This document shows, one piece after another, positions 36,809 to 49,422 of a DNA stretch of 64,000 nt. The stretch is taken from contig CBFFRP010000292.1 of assembly GCA_965644295.1 (NCBI GenBank), forward strand, positions 96,647-160,646, written 5' to 3'. The notes under the pieces are model-generated. The model worked only from the letters and a program-made list of their open reading frames with translations, was not told the origin of the DNA and did no database searches. The number at the start of each line of letters is the position of its first letter. Within the stretch, counting starts at the first letter, position 1. A program made the translations under genes and the position numbers. This stretch comes from Paraphysomonas bandaiensis. Taxonomy: Eukaryota > Protista > Chrysophyceae.

Positions 36809-37772
36809 GGCACTGCTAGTTGAAAAGGTTCGAGTGGGATGTGCTCAATAAAAAAATGGTTTTAACTTTAATTTAAAATTTCGTGATAACGTAAACTTCT
36901 TGTCGGCACAGTTATGTATAAGCATAACTCTTAAAAAATAGATAAATGGGATGAATAATCAGGCTAACCAGAGATCGTCATAGTAGAATATGCTGAGAGC
37001 CCGTGAAGTTATCTAACGAGTTCATTGTAAACTGAAGAAGAGTAAATCATGGTTTGTGAGCACAATGCTATGCATATAAGGAGAAGCTAAACTAGCCTGA
37101 AGTTGCATCGGTGCCCATACATGAATATCCATATAATGCTATAGATGCGCGTAGCCATCTATCAACTGACTCCTATCGTATCTTATCACTCTTATCTCTG
37201 AGTGTGATCTGTACAGTATCGCTCCACATCTCCTGCGTGCTGATACCCCAATATCTAGATATCGGATATCTAGTCTACCAACATCCGTATACGGATATCC
37301 GACGGCAGACAGGCAGAGTGGTGGAATACAGCGGTATATCCTGCTCCATCCTGTGTGTAAAATCCAAAATTTGAAATTGATTTTTAAAATTTGAACCACA
37401 TATTGTACGAAATCAAGGATTCTTGGTTTATATATGAAAATACCGCATAAAAATTACAAAGCAATGACTTAATTCTGGAAATTTGTATGAACTGTACTGT
37501 ATGTACTGTACTGCTGTATATGTATGTATCTGTATGGAACTACACGATGAGGGCTGGATATGAGGGTGGAGTGTAGAGGAAGGAGGCCTATGGACATCAA
37601 TCAAGTCATCCATCCGCCTTAACTCTGCCATAAGAGTAAAGCATATAAGAGGTCACTCGTAATCGTTGCTGTTGTCTGTGATCAGGTAGCGAATAGCCAT
37701 ACATAGGACTCGACGGTTATACGCGGTCTTCCAGTGCGATCAGAGGGACTTCTAGATACACACAACCACAAC

Positions 37773-40700
37773 ATGCCCACTGACAGAAGAGACTCTGCAG
37801 TCTTCTCTGCTAATGTGCTGAATAAAGCCACTCGAAAGTCTGATATCATGACTGGTCTGAAGGCGTTACATGAGAGGCTGTCGTCTTTTGATCAAGATGC
37901 GCACAAGCCGAAAGCCCTCACTGCGATATCAGGCCAGCTGATCGCCAAGCGATTGTTAGGACACATAGACAAAGAGATTCGAACATTGACGTGCTGCTGT
38001 ATAGTCGATATCCTGCGAGTGTTTGCGCCTGATGCTCCTTATTCAAGTGAAGAATTATGCAATATATTTGATGCTCTGTCAGTTCTTTTAAGGAGTTTGA
38101 GCACTTACGATGCTTCAAGCTGGCTCGGCACAAAAATATTTTATATATTAAATAGTTTATCAACTGTGAAATCATGTGCAATAATTATTTACCTACGTGA
38201 TCAAGGAGTTGAAGGGGCATCCGACCGGTTAATCGACTTTGTCGATGCACTAGTTTCTTCAGTGCGTCCAGATCACACGGAAGCGGTTGCAGGTCATATA
38301 GGGTCCATCCTACAGACGGTGATTGAGGAGGTGGAAACATTAGATCAAGACTTACTGGACCTCTTTCTTGCTCCTCTTATTCCCAGTGCCAAGGCTGATA
38401 ATCCTGCGGCATACAACCTTTGCCAGTCAGTTCTTCGACGCTGCGAGCTCGCCATCCAAGGACCGATAAATGCTTTTGTGAACCGTAGTTTAGTTGGCAG
38501 TATGGGTGAGCTTGGACCAATGGGAAGTGGAGAAGAGTCCAATCTCTCTGAACATATATATGCAATCATATATGAACTCCATAAGGTTCATTCTGGTCTT
38601 CTATTGCGCATTCTCCCGAATGTGTGCGTCCAGCTTCAAGCAGATGAGGCTGAGGTGCGACTGAAGGCCGTCAAACTCTTAGGACGTCTTTTCGCTTCCC
38701 CTCATGCTGACTATGGCGTTGAATACAATCGCAACTTCAAAGACTTCCTGGGGCGCTTTGTTGATGTCGCTGAGGATGTTCGTTTGGAGATGATAGAGTG
38801 CGGGTATATGATAATGAAAAACAAAGAGGACCTCAGGGCATTAGTTAGTGGTAAGTGTGCATCATGTTTGCACTGTACCTTTGTCTGCTTGTGCTCATTA
38901 ATCTGCATATATTACTTTGTCTACGAAAAGTGTAATTCATTGATATAGACTGCATGTGCAAACGCCTTCGAGATGGGGAAAGCGCTGTCCGGTTCGCTTC
39001 GCTGGGCCGACTGTTAGATATTGCCTACGAGTATCCCACTTATCTCTCAGTAGAAACATTCCGGGACATGTTGGAGCGAGTAAAAGACAAGAAACCCAAT
39101 GTCCGAAAGGTTGCGCTGATTGGTTTGTCTAAAGTATTTTTCAAGCACATATCCGTCCGTGCTCTCTCGTTCCACAACCTTGGTGAGGGGGATGCTGGCA
39201 GCGTGCCTGTGGAGTACGTATACGGCGAGGAAGGCGAAGAGAGGGCACGGGAAGTCGCAGATTCCCTGGGTATAAGTGCCGATATCTGGACTAGACTATC
39301 GATAGTTCCGGGGTATATTATCAATGCGTGGGGTTATCCAGATCCCGAGAACAAGCACTTGGTTACCCAGGTAGGTTGTGTGATGCTCCCCTATGAAGTG
39401 CTGATAGTTGTACTTCGCAGCTTATACAAGAACAGATTTTGCCAAAGTACGTAATATATATAACTCAGTACTTGTTGTGTAAGTGCAAAACGTGTAGACC
39501 GCCCAAGAATTTAAGCAAAGAAGCCTCTGGTGGTCAAAGCGAGGCCTCAAAGAATATCACATCATCATCATCTTCTCTTTCTGTTATTTCAGAGACCGAC
39601 AGCGGGAAGGAGGTGCTAGAGTGGGAGAGCAAGCGCGCAACACTTTTATTAAGAATATTTGGGACTTTAGATTCAACGCAACGACAATGCCTTGGCGCGA
39701 TTATGGCTTTCAAGTCCAAGGTATTGCAGCCATTATATGCCCCAAACATCATTACACTTTATTTATGTTTCCGTGGGAATAATGCTAATGATTTAGATTC
39801 GTGTGGAGTTGGAACAGTTCACCAACAAGTGGACATCTATCCTCAGCGGGCAGAGCAAGACCAATGTGGCGCTGCAGATGCACAGGGCAGGTTTTAGACT
39901 TCTGGAAAACTTCCCTGCGAACCTTGCTGCGCTAGAGAAGAAGCTTGCCACTTCTCCAGTGAGTCTGGAAAGGCTGGTTCAATCAAAGTGCGTCTGTACT
40001 GTATCATTCATAATTTTTATTGGCTGTTTTTTATTACGGTGTATATGGATCTCATCATATTGTCATTAACATGAGGCTTTTCAGGGACAAAATTCTAGTC
40101 CGTCTTCTAAAATCTGCCACCGCTCCGGTTCCATTTTCGCGAATAAGTGCACGGTCATCTTCTGCTGTTGAGGCAAGTGAATCCGACTATCCCTATTCCC
40201 ACAGCTGCATCGCTCGGGCCTGTATGCAACGCGATGACCTCCGTCGGCGGCTTGACTCCAAGTCCCCTTTGGGAGGGTACATGGCTCGCCTATTTGATAC
40301 AAGTGCGATTCATATGCTGGCTAACCCTTACACTGCAAGTTGCCTGCTCTACCACATGACAGCAGTAGCGAAAATTCCCGAAGAATTCGATGAGCGCGAG
40401 GAATCTTCGGGAAGAGTACGGGAGATGAAGGACACTTCTGACCTGCTGATGCTGTTGGCTAAACATTTTCCTATGGTACATAATAAGTTGTTCTTATCTT
40501 GTACCTTATAATGGCTGGTAGATATTTGCTGGCAGCGCACCAGATCTGGAGGCTTGGCTGATGGCCATCTGCGAGGACACGAGGGACAACAGACGACCCT
40601 CTTCATCATCTGCAACTTCCAAGTACCGTCGTTCCACGACAACTCGTGTCACGCGATCAGAGGCTCGCAATCGTGCATTGGAACAATTCACCCGTGTATT

Positions 40701-43614
40701 GAAATATGCTGCCAAAAATCTGTGTGACACAAATGAGAATACATCAGGCGACGCGGATCACAACAGAAATACTACCAGGAACTTGTGTGCAGCTTTGCTC
40801 AAGTATGCAAAAGAATATAATGACCCATTGGCATGTGAAATGCTTGCACAGGTAGAGCCATTCTTCTATATACTGCCCCACAGGATGTTCACTTCCTGTG
40901 TCATAATGAACAGGGGGTATGTACCATTGTCCGTGGAGGGCACACGTACGCAGATATTGTTCCAGAGTCCGCGCTCTCCAGTAGCCGCTTATGTGATGCG
41001 TTTGGTGTTACATCTGCGCTAAACATTCTGAGCAAGACTAATCGCATGTCCCTCTCGTCTCCTTTGGAGAGGGTAGCCTGTGATCTGCATGTATTCGCCT
41101 CTCTTCTGGTAACCGCTTTTGCTGCCTCTTCTATGTAAATGATGGTGTCTCACAGAGCGCGTATGGAGAAAGCGCTAGAGAGCTGAGTGGTCCCTTTGAT
41201 CGGTTGAATAAATTCTTGAAAGAACAGATATTCTCTCCGGAGTCATCACTACACGAACGTTCCTCGGATTGCTCTCAAGACCCTAATGACGACTTCTATC
41301 TTCTTACTTTAGTAGGTGCTATGAAGGTATATTCCGAACTAGCTTTCAAGAGTGCTATCCGAGAGTCCATGGTGTCTGGTGTTTCCCCTTTCACCCAGCG
41401 CCAAGGTGCCCTTCCTGAAGAAGAATCTGACGATGAGAGCTTTTCGGATCACGAACAGAAACCTATGTCACAGCGCTTCCCAGAGTATGCCGTGCCGATT
41501 CTGTCCTTAGTGTTTGAGTGCATATGCTCTTACGGGTCTAAGTTCTCTGGAATTGCAATTCCGGGTACATCGAGGCATGTTTTGCTGCGTGAAACAGCGG
41601 CCGTATGCTTGATCCGCATGCTAAAAATCAAGTCTGTTGGGAAAGGGATCAATACTGCGGAGTGGCAAGCCTTAGCGTGGACATTGTTGGATGAGAATGA
41701 CACATGTCGACGACGTATCCTGCAGTCCCTCTCGATAATGATTCAGACCCATTGCGTGCACCCTCGCTTTCTTGCCCTGCCTTGTATCGTCGCATCCGAT
41801 GAGTCCCTCCAGGGAATGGCTGAACAGGCTCTCACTTTTGCGATGAAGCGACTGCGAGCGACGAGTATGGAGTTAAGAAGTCGTGCAATATCACTTCCCG
41901 ATCTATCAAGTGAAGAAGGGCAGCGCCTTCAACAGATGGCTGAGGACAACACACCCGAGTGTGTAGTACCTTACCTAATACATCTACTCTCGCATCACCC
42001 CGATTTTCCATCGTCCCCGACTTTGTCGGCGGAAGGCGACAGTGAACGTATGCGGAATGTTCTGCGATGCGTGAAGATGTTATATCATATCTTGCTTACT
42101 GCTCTCGGAAAAGACAACGATAACCTCTCCTATTTGCTTAAACAAGCCAATATGATTAGGTTCTACCGTGATCGATTGGATAAGTATAATATCGGATTGA
42201 GATTCGTTACCAAGCTCGCAACTAATGTACTCAAAGGTTATATACGAACACAGGAGGATGCTCAGCCGTTCCTGGGCGACATTAACCTACCTATGGACCT
42301 CTATGAATTAGACGACGGTGAAGGCGAAGATATCGACGAGTTAGATGTGAAGAGAGCAATTCAAATGGCAAATAGAGCTGAAGCGGGTGCGAGTCACCGA
42401 GCAAAAGTTATGGCTAAAAAGTCTCCTGTCAAGAAGCAAGCTCCCACTGCGTCCAGAGAAATAAAAGAGCTAAAAGGTGTAAAAGCAGCTGCTGTGGCCA
42501 GTGAGAAACCGACGAAGAAACGGAAGGCGCGTACGAAACCTGAGAAATCTGCCCCCGCCCCACGTCCCCCGCGATCCTCCTCCCGCCCTCAGCGGCGCAG
42601 TGTTAGCACTGCAGTTAACTATGCGGACACAAGAGAGAGTGACGACGAGGCGGAAATGGATGAGATCGAGGAGTTGCTCAGCACTAGTCAGTCAACCAGT
42701 GGGAGAGGATCTGAGAGTGGTCATAGAAAGCGCTTTCCTTCGTCACGAGTGGAGGGACGACACAGTTCGAGTAGCATGCAGAGTGGAGTTTCCGACTCGC
42801 CGTTTGATTTTGATTCTGTGAATTTTTCAGAAGAAAGGTAACTCATACGAAAAGAAAAACATTGTAGTAAACTTGATTGATAATCATCTATGGCTTACCG
42901 TGCTGCTGTACAACGTTTCTATTGTGTGTGCGCAATTGTAATGTGTGTTACGATGTGTTCTAGCACGAGTTCATCGTTTATGGCGAAAAAGCGTAAGCTG
43001 AGCGGAGGCTGGTCGTCTATATTAGCGTCAGATGACGAGGCGGAGCAAAATAATGAAACGAGTAGTTCCTATGTGGAAGAAACTGATAAATCTTCGGCTA
43101 GCAAAAGGAAAAGGGCTGCTACATCGAAACCACTGAAAAATCTCGTAAATAAAGATAATAGCAAGTCTGCGAAGGTGAAAGGAAGACAGTCTACGAACCC
43201 ATCCTCTGTGGCTACTTCCGAAAGGGCGTCCAGCAAATGCAGCAAATCTTTGTCACCTCTGGAAAAGGCTCAGGAGAACACAACTGAGCTAAAGGTGATA
43301 CTACGTCACATGTCTATGATGTAGGTAACTCTATGTAATTTGTGGTGAGCAGGCATTGAGACCGGTCAAGAACGGCGAACGCCCCTCGCGTAAGTCTACG
43401 AGGTCGAGTGTGAAAGGAAATGGTGCAACTGACTCTGAGTCGGACTATTTTGAGGCTACTACGACCGTTCTATCGGAGAGGAGGACAAGGGAAAAGACAG
43501 TGCATTCATATGACTCCGCCACACAAGAACAATCTGTGCGACGGTCGACAAGAAGAAAGGTCAGTGAGGGTATATGGGTTCAACCAATGTTGTGCTCATT
43601 TATGACAGGTGTGA
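37773..43614 (+). CDS. PDS5: Sister chromatid cohesion protein PDS5, multi-exon
   Basis: LLGHIDKEIRTLTCCCIVDILRVFAPDAPYS, IYELHKV..LL..ILP..QLQADEAEVRLKAVKLLGRLF, RVKDKKPNVRK, PECVVPYLIHLLSHHPDFP, and a basic low-complexity C-terminal tail. Confidence 0.93.
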
Positions 43615-44076
43615 TAAAAAAGAAAAGTACGCCCGTCATAAACTCCCGCAGATGTTTACTGGATTGTGGATGTAAGGGATTATTCGAGTAATTGTAGATT
43701 TATATCCGCCGAGTCGTTATCTTGTATAATTATTGTTGGACGATTGTTTTTTGTGAGTGCGTTCTTATATTTAGCAAGTTTACAGAATATATATAATTCT
43801 TACGTATAATATGATGGGTAGGAAATTGAGTAAGTATTAGGTCGTAAAATCTCTTAACAATTATTATTGAATTTCTTTTTGTATCAACCAGACTTGTTAA
43901 TTTGTGAGATTGTCAATGAAATGAATTGGCTTGAAAACGACTATTTCAATTATTATAATTGGTAAATGATGGCGTTTAATTGGCCGGCTTAATTATATTA
44001 TCTTGGGTATATGTGTACAGTAACGTTCCGATTATTATTCGTATTTGTGCGACAGTATAAGGGCCATCCCCAGTAT

Positions 44077-44198
44077 GGGAAATATTTTTCAACCTAGCCT
44101 AATTGGTTGAGTTACCTAGTCACACTATTTTAGGTGGAATAACCTAGTCAACGTAATAAATGACTCAACCTAGTCAATTTTGGTATTCAATCTAGTCG
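44077..44198. repeat. CCTAGTCA-motif element end, homologous to 5215-5340
   Basis: Colinear similarity (ttcaacctag..aattgg..cctagtca.actatttt.ggtg..aacctagtcaa..aataaatgactcaacctag). Related motifs at 22563-22661. Confidence 0.7.
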
Positions 44199-44607
44199 TT
44201 CTTATATCCATTGATTACACACTGTGACTGTCTAAGGTTCCATTTCACACCACACAATATATTAGTGGCTTACAGAAAATCAAAACAAACATTCTAACAT
44301 AACAATATGCTCATATATACATATCTACTTAACACAGGTCGATGTATATATCTAGCCTATCTATAGCATGTAAGTATATAGCGATGGGTCCCTGTGAGTG
44401 TTATGGGGAGGAGGGGTCCTATCGTTGACCAAGAACTAACTGAGCACCTCATCACAGAATAAGCTGATTGAAATTATTCGACAGCTTAAAAATATTTAAG
44501 TATGCAGTGTGAATGACATAGTGTATCAGTTGGGGCCACTATTTGCCGCTATATCACCAGAGATGTGAGTGCAAGAATATAACAGTGTGAATGGCATAGT
44601 GTATCAT

Positions 44608-45733
44608 TGAAAATCTGATTATTAAGAAGCGCAAGCTTGTGCGTTGCCGCGACCAACCTAACAACTCGCGCGACACTATGCATAACATGACTCTCATCTA
44701 GTTACTATTGCATGCACCGACAAGTGCTCAACTATACAACACGATTTAGTTAGCTACATGGGCATACGACGAGTTGCGTGTTTAAGCCGGATCATACGCT
44801 CCTGCCCAATCTACTTGTCCTAACACAAACAACTTGCGGTCGGTGTCTTCGGCATATGTCTCCTGTATATGCGGCAGATCTTTAGGGCCCTCTTCAAGGT
44901 GGTGTTCACAGCAGCAGGTAGTCTGGAAGGGAGAATAAAGTAGCTATAGCGCCGGGTCCTCCCACGGTCACGAAGCGGTCTCACTGGTGCAATTTTGCAC
45001 ACTGACGCATGAAACAGACATCTACCAAAATCTGTTACAAATTCAAGCTGACTCCAATGTCTTCCCTCCATTGCGTGCACTCGTCCAGCACATGCATCCA
45101 CCTTGCACTCTTCTCCCGAGTGACTTACACTAGTAGGAAACCGTGCACCTTCCCCGCTCGGATGAAAACCTACTAAGCAAGAATAACATAAAAGCACCAC
45201 AAATGTACCTGACACTGCTTGGAGAACAGTGCCAGAGCCTTGATATAATCTCAATGACCTGGGTCAGGAGAAACCAAGACTAGGCAGTAGACGTGTGAGA
45301 AGACATGACAGGTCTAATCACATCATTGCCATTGCCATGCATCCATGAGGAAAGTTTGACGCATTACCTCGGTCATTATTGGCCGGCCACACAGATACCG
45401 AATAATGTGAACTCATACTCAGCATCAATCACTCAAAGCAAACGCAGGGAGCAAGCAGAATGTTGATATACCTGACATATCTGCTGACTTCAGGTGTTTT
45501 GAGTTCTTAAGGTGAACATCCCGGATGCTTAACTTCAGCAGGCAGCCCAATACCCCGGTTACCCTTCTGGTGGGCCCTGTCCCGGATGCCCTTGAGGTGG
45601 GCCCATTCCCGGATGCCTGTTTATTCGTCAGGGCCCAAAGACGTCTACACAAGTGACACTTATTAGTGTCCCTTGTACCACACAAGCATTTGGCTATGAG
45701 TGGGCAGAACAATATATCTGCTGACTATATAAT
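44608..45733 (-). mobile_element. SINE-like repeat copy E, long or composite form with 16-bp TSD
   Basis: Starts tgaaaatctgattatt..gcttgtgcgttgccgc; family body at 45427-45733. Exact TSD atggcatagtgtatca at 44591-44606 and 45734-45749, inside a ~79-bp tandem duplication. Confidence 0.75.
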
Positions 45734-46224
45734 ATGGCATAGTGTATCAGTTGGGGGCCCCTATTTGCCGCTATATCACCAGAGATGTGTGTGCAAGAAT
45801 AATGGAGTAGAATCGTTGGATAGCAATGATTATCATTATTATTTATATATCAGGAAGGCAACATACGAACAAATTTGGCAAGGAACTACCAAACGGGTTT
45901 CTAAAATTTACAATGAATATACAGTCAGGAAGCAAAGGAATGGATCAGGGTAGATGCCATTCGAAAACCATGCCAAGTCCCATGCCGGCTTCATTAGCTG
46001 GAAGGAGTTCTTTATAAGGTTATGTCTAATGAAAGGTATCATCTTACGCCTGGAATGTGCATCACTGAGTGGTTATGGATGATTTATCTTATTTCTTAGT
46101 CGAGAGAGTCTAAGATGAAGATAAGGGTTCAGACATGAGGATGATGGGGACGAAGCCATTAGTTTATTAAAAGCCAATCAAAAGCGCAAGTAAGAACGCC
46201 CCAAACTGTCCACACGATGTCGTT

Positions 46225-46943
46225 GCATGAAGCATGTCTATAACATTACCAATATTTGTAAGAAGTTGTTCAGCAGAGATAGTATTGGTAACCCTCAACC
46301 TTTTCGTGGTCTGCTGGGGGATATGTACCGGAGATATTTCTCCAGGAAAATGCCGCATGTATATGTTGTTCTGCCTACTCATAGTCAAAAGGGTGCGTGG
46401 TACAAAGACAAGGGGCACTAATAAGTGTAGACGTATTTAGGCCTTGACGAATAAACAGACATCCAGGAAGGGACCCACCTCAAGTACACCCGGGGTATTG
46501 GGCTGCCTGTTAAAGTCAAGCATCCGGGAATGTGTCCACCTCAAGGGCATCCGGGGTATTGGCCTGCCTACTGAAGTCAAGCATCCGGAATGTTCGCCTT
46601 AAGGACAGAGACCGAAAGTGTTTACACCTTAGTGCTTACGGGGACGTACAAGTAGCTTTCGTAGTACATCTTACTATATCAGAGTTAAGCACTATAGTTA
46701 ATTAACTTGTTTTGCTGCATTAGTTCTGACTTTTACACGCCTATTGCTAATAATAATCAGACATTCACTTCGATAATATTGTTACGACTGATTTTCGCAA
46801 GCCAATGACACCTCTGCACTATGGACATCTTAAAATGTTATTTGTTCGTCTGCAAAGCTAAAAGTCAGCAATATATTGAATGCTTGGTTAATAATTGCAA
46901 TTATTAATGCTGGATACCTTTCACCAATTTATTGTTACGCCTG
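46225..46943 (+). mobile_element. hAT 3'-end relic interrupted by SINE-like copy F
   Basis: 46225-46290 and 46772-46943 align with 36523-36808 (TNICKKLFSR...; ends ccaatttattgttacgcctg). Confidence 0.75.
46291..46767 (+). mobile_element. SINE-like dispersed repeat, copy F (opposite orientation)
   Basis: accctcaacc...cctattgctaataataatcagacattca. TSD gatagtattggta (46278-46290) / gataatattgtta (46772-46784). Confidence 0.85.
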
Positions 46944-46983
46944 ATGTCAACAACTCTTGACGTTAGAACAGTACATATTATAT

Positions 46984-47600
46984 TGAAAGTCTTTTTATTT
47001 AGCAATAGGCGTTAAAAACTCATTCCGATACAGTGGCTAGTTGAGTGCTAGATCTACTATAGTTAGACCTCTACCCATAACTAATCAGCACAAATTCTAT
47101 TATCCTACTACTTAGCGCTACAGAAGCTGCTTGTGCGTCGCCGCAAGCACCAAGGTGCAACTACTTCCGTTCTTGATGTTGTGTGTGAGTTCGCCCTGCT
47201 CGTGTGTCTGAGGACTCACTGGTGCGTGTTGTCCGGGGGTCTCCCCTTGGGATAAGGTTCCGCCTAGCTCGGAGGTACAGGGTTCTGTATTAAGGTCCTG
47301 AGCGTACCGAGCACTAGATGTGTGCACTGAGAGGTTGATGGTGTGGTGGAATGTGGCGGTGTCGCCATGCACTGTCTGGGCGTTGGGCATAGGTGGAGTT
47401 GCCGGAGACTTCGTCGCCGTTGTCTAGGGCCTGTTGGTGTCATACGGTCCGGTGCTATGGTCCTTTGCGTATGGTTGGTGAGGTTCATAGGTGCGGTGGG
47501 CGGTGTTCTAGTCTCGGTTCGTCTGTGGATTCCTAGTAGTCTTAGCACCCTTGGAGTTTATACATGCTCACGAGTTTATACGTTAGCTATCATCGCTCAG
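46984..47600 (-). mobile_element. Repeat copy G: shared terminal ~190 bp joined to unrelated coding-like sequence (possible LINE 3' fragment)
   Basis: 46984-47172 matches the end of copy B. Minus-strand ORF 47118..47390 terminates inside the shared part (..LVLAATHKQLL*). Confidence 0.5.
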
Positions 47601-48608
47601 TTATCACCATTTGGAGCTTTGTTGTGAACTTGATTCATGTTCAAGATAATCAATTACTCCAACCACTGCGTCTAAATATACTTTGTACTGTAGAATAGTT
47701 CTTTTTACTCATATAGTAATGTAGATATAATTGAAGGGGGGCGTTGGAAATAAACACACTACTGAATAGATTAGTTCTAATGTACACAATATTGTAGTTT
47801 CAAAATCTAAATTCAGTAAGTAAATAAAGAGTTCACATGATTTAGTCAGTAACACCTATACCCACTGATCTACTGGTAATAGTATTAAACTTCTTTCGTA
47901 TACATAAGATTTAAATACTTTCCTCATACTTGAATACTTGAGCACATTAGAAGATCTCAAGAACATACGTTGATATTTATTGGCACAATCATTTCGCTAA
48001 TTCAGCTTGTCGTCCATTATTTGATCACCGTAACTATATTTAATAATGTTCTATCTATTTTACTTTACATACAATGAAATAATTTAGAGCAGAAAATGCG
48101 AAGGGAGTTTTCTACGAGACTACATCGGAATGCATTGCATAAAGTACAGACAATCACATGGCGCTGTATATTCGGTCAAAAATCAGTTGTGTTATTAACT
48201 GTCAGCTCAGGACATTTCTCACATATGATGGGATCGAAGAGTAACGCGTAACACGGTGCTTCGTCTGCTGAAGCCGGTTGAGTGAGGGTAACTATGAACT
48301 GTCAAGTATCAATGGAGTGATTGCTCAACGCACAACAACTTATGTATGTTCACTAGTTCGCATGTCACCGCGAGCACACGCCCATCTCCAAGAGTGACAC
48401 CCGGCGGATTAAACATTCCACTGAGGCTCTTGAGCAGCGACTCAGCATCATACGGCACTTACTTGTGCACACTAACGTATGGACCTTATTGTGAATCTCC
48501 TCACTGATGATGGGTCCCCTGGAGACAACATCACCCCATATTCCACTATAAATAACATGTGCGGCACCTTGAATCTAAGCAGCTGTGACCCTGCCTACAG
48601 AGTATACA

Positions 48609-49160
48609 CATACATACATACATACATACATACATACATACATACATACATACATACATACATACATACATACATACATACATACATACATACATACTGT
48701 ACATACATACATACATACATACATACATACATACATACATACATACATACATACATACATACATACATTCATACATACATACATACATACATACATACAT
48801 ACATACATACATACATACATACATACATACATACATACATACATACATACATACATACATACATACATACATACATACATACATACATACATACATACAT
48901 ACATACATACATACATACATACATACATACATACATACATACATACATACATACATACATACATACATACATACATACATACATACATACATACATACAT
49001 ACATACATACATACATACATACATACATACATACATACATACATACATACATACATACATACATACATACATACATACATACATACATACATACATACAT
49101 ACATACATACATACATACATACATACATACATACATACATACATACATACATACATACAT
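48609..49160. repeat. (CATA)n microsatellite, ~550 bp
   Basis: Near-perfect array ~260 bp upstream of the ORF at 49423. Confidence 0.99.
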
Positions 49161-49422
49161 CGAAAATTCCAGCTACATATGTACACAGCAGTATACCATA
49201 CATAATACATAATACAATGCACATTTTTCTTGATGAAGTCAATCAGCATGTACAGCAGAGTATCTATAAGAGGAAGTGTAGAGTGTTCAGTGGTGTGTAT
49301 GTGTGGGTAGTTTATTGATTGATCGGTCGAGGAGTAGTAGCAGTGAAGGTTTAATTGAGGGACCTTCATATATACAACACAATCGACGCCAACAGTTATT
49401 ATTATAATCTTGAGTTCGGCAT

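Noticed and set aside
40911-41210. Apparent frameshift or stop in PDS5
   Set aside because: Resolved by short GT-AG introns (e.g. 41109-41155) that keep the frame.
45850-46150. Possible gene fragment
   Set aside because: Short ORFs with no recognisable motif or splice structure.
48504-48540. CTGATGA as a hammerhead ribozyme core
   Set aside because: No properly placed GAAA or stem II/III arrangement could be built.
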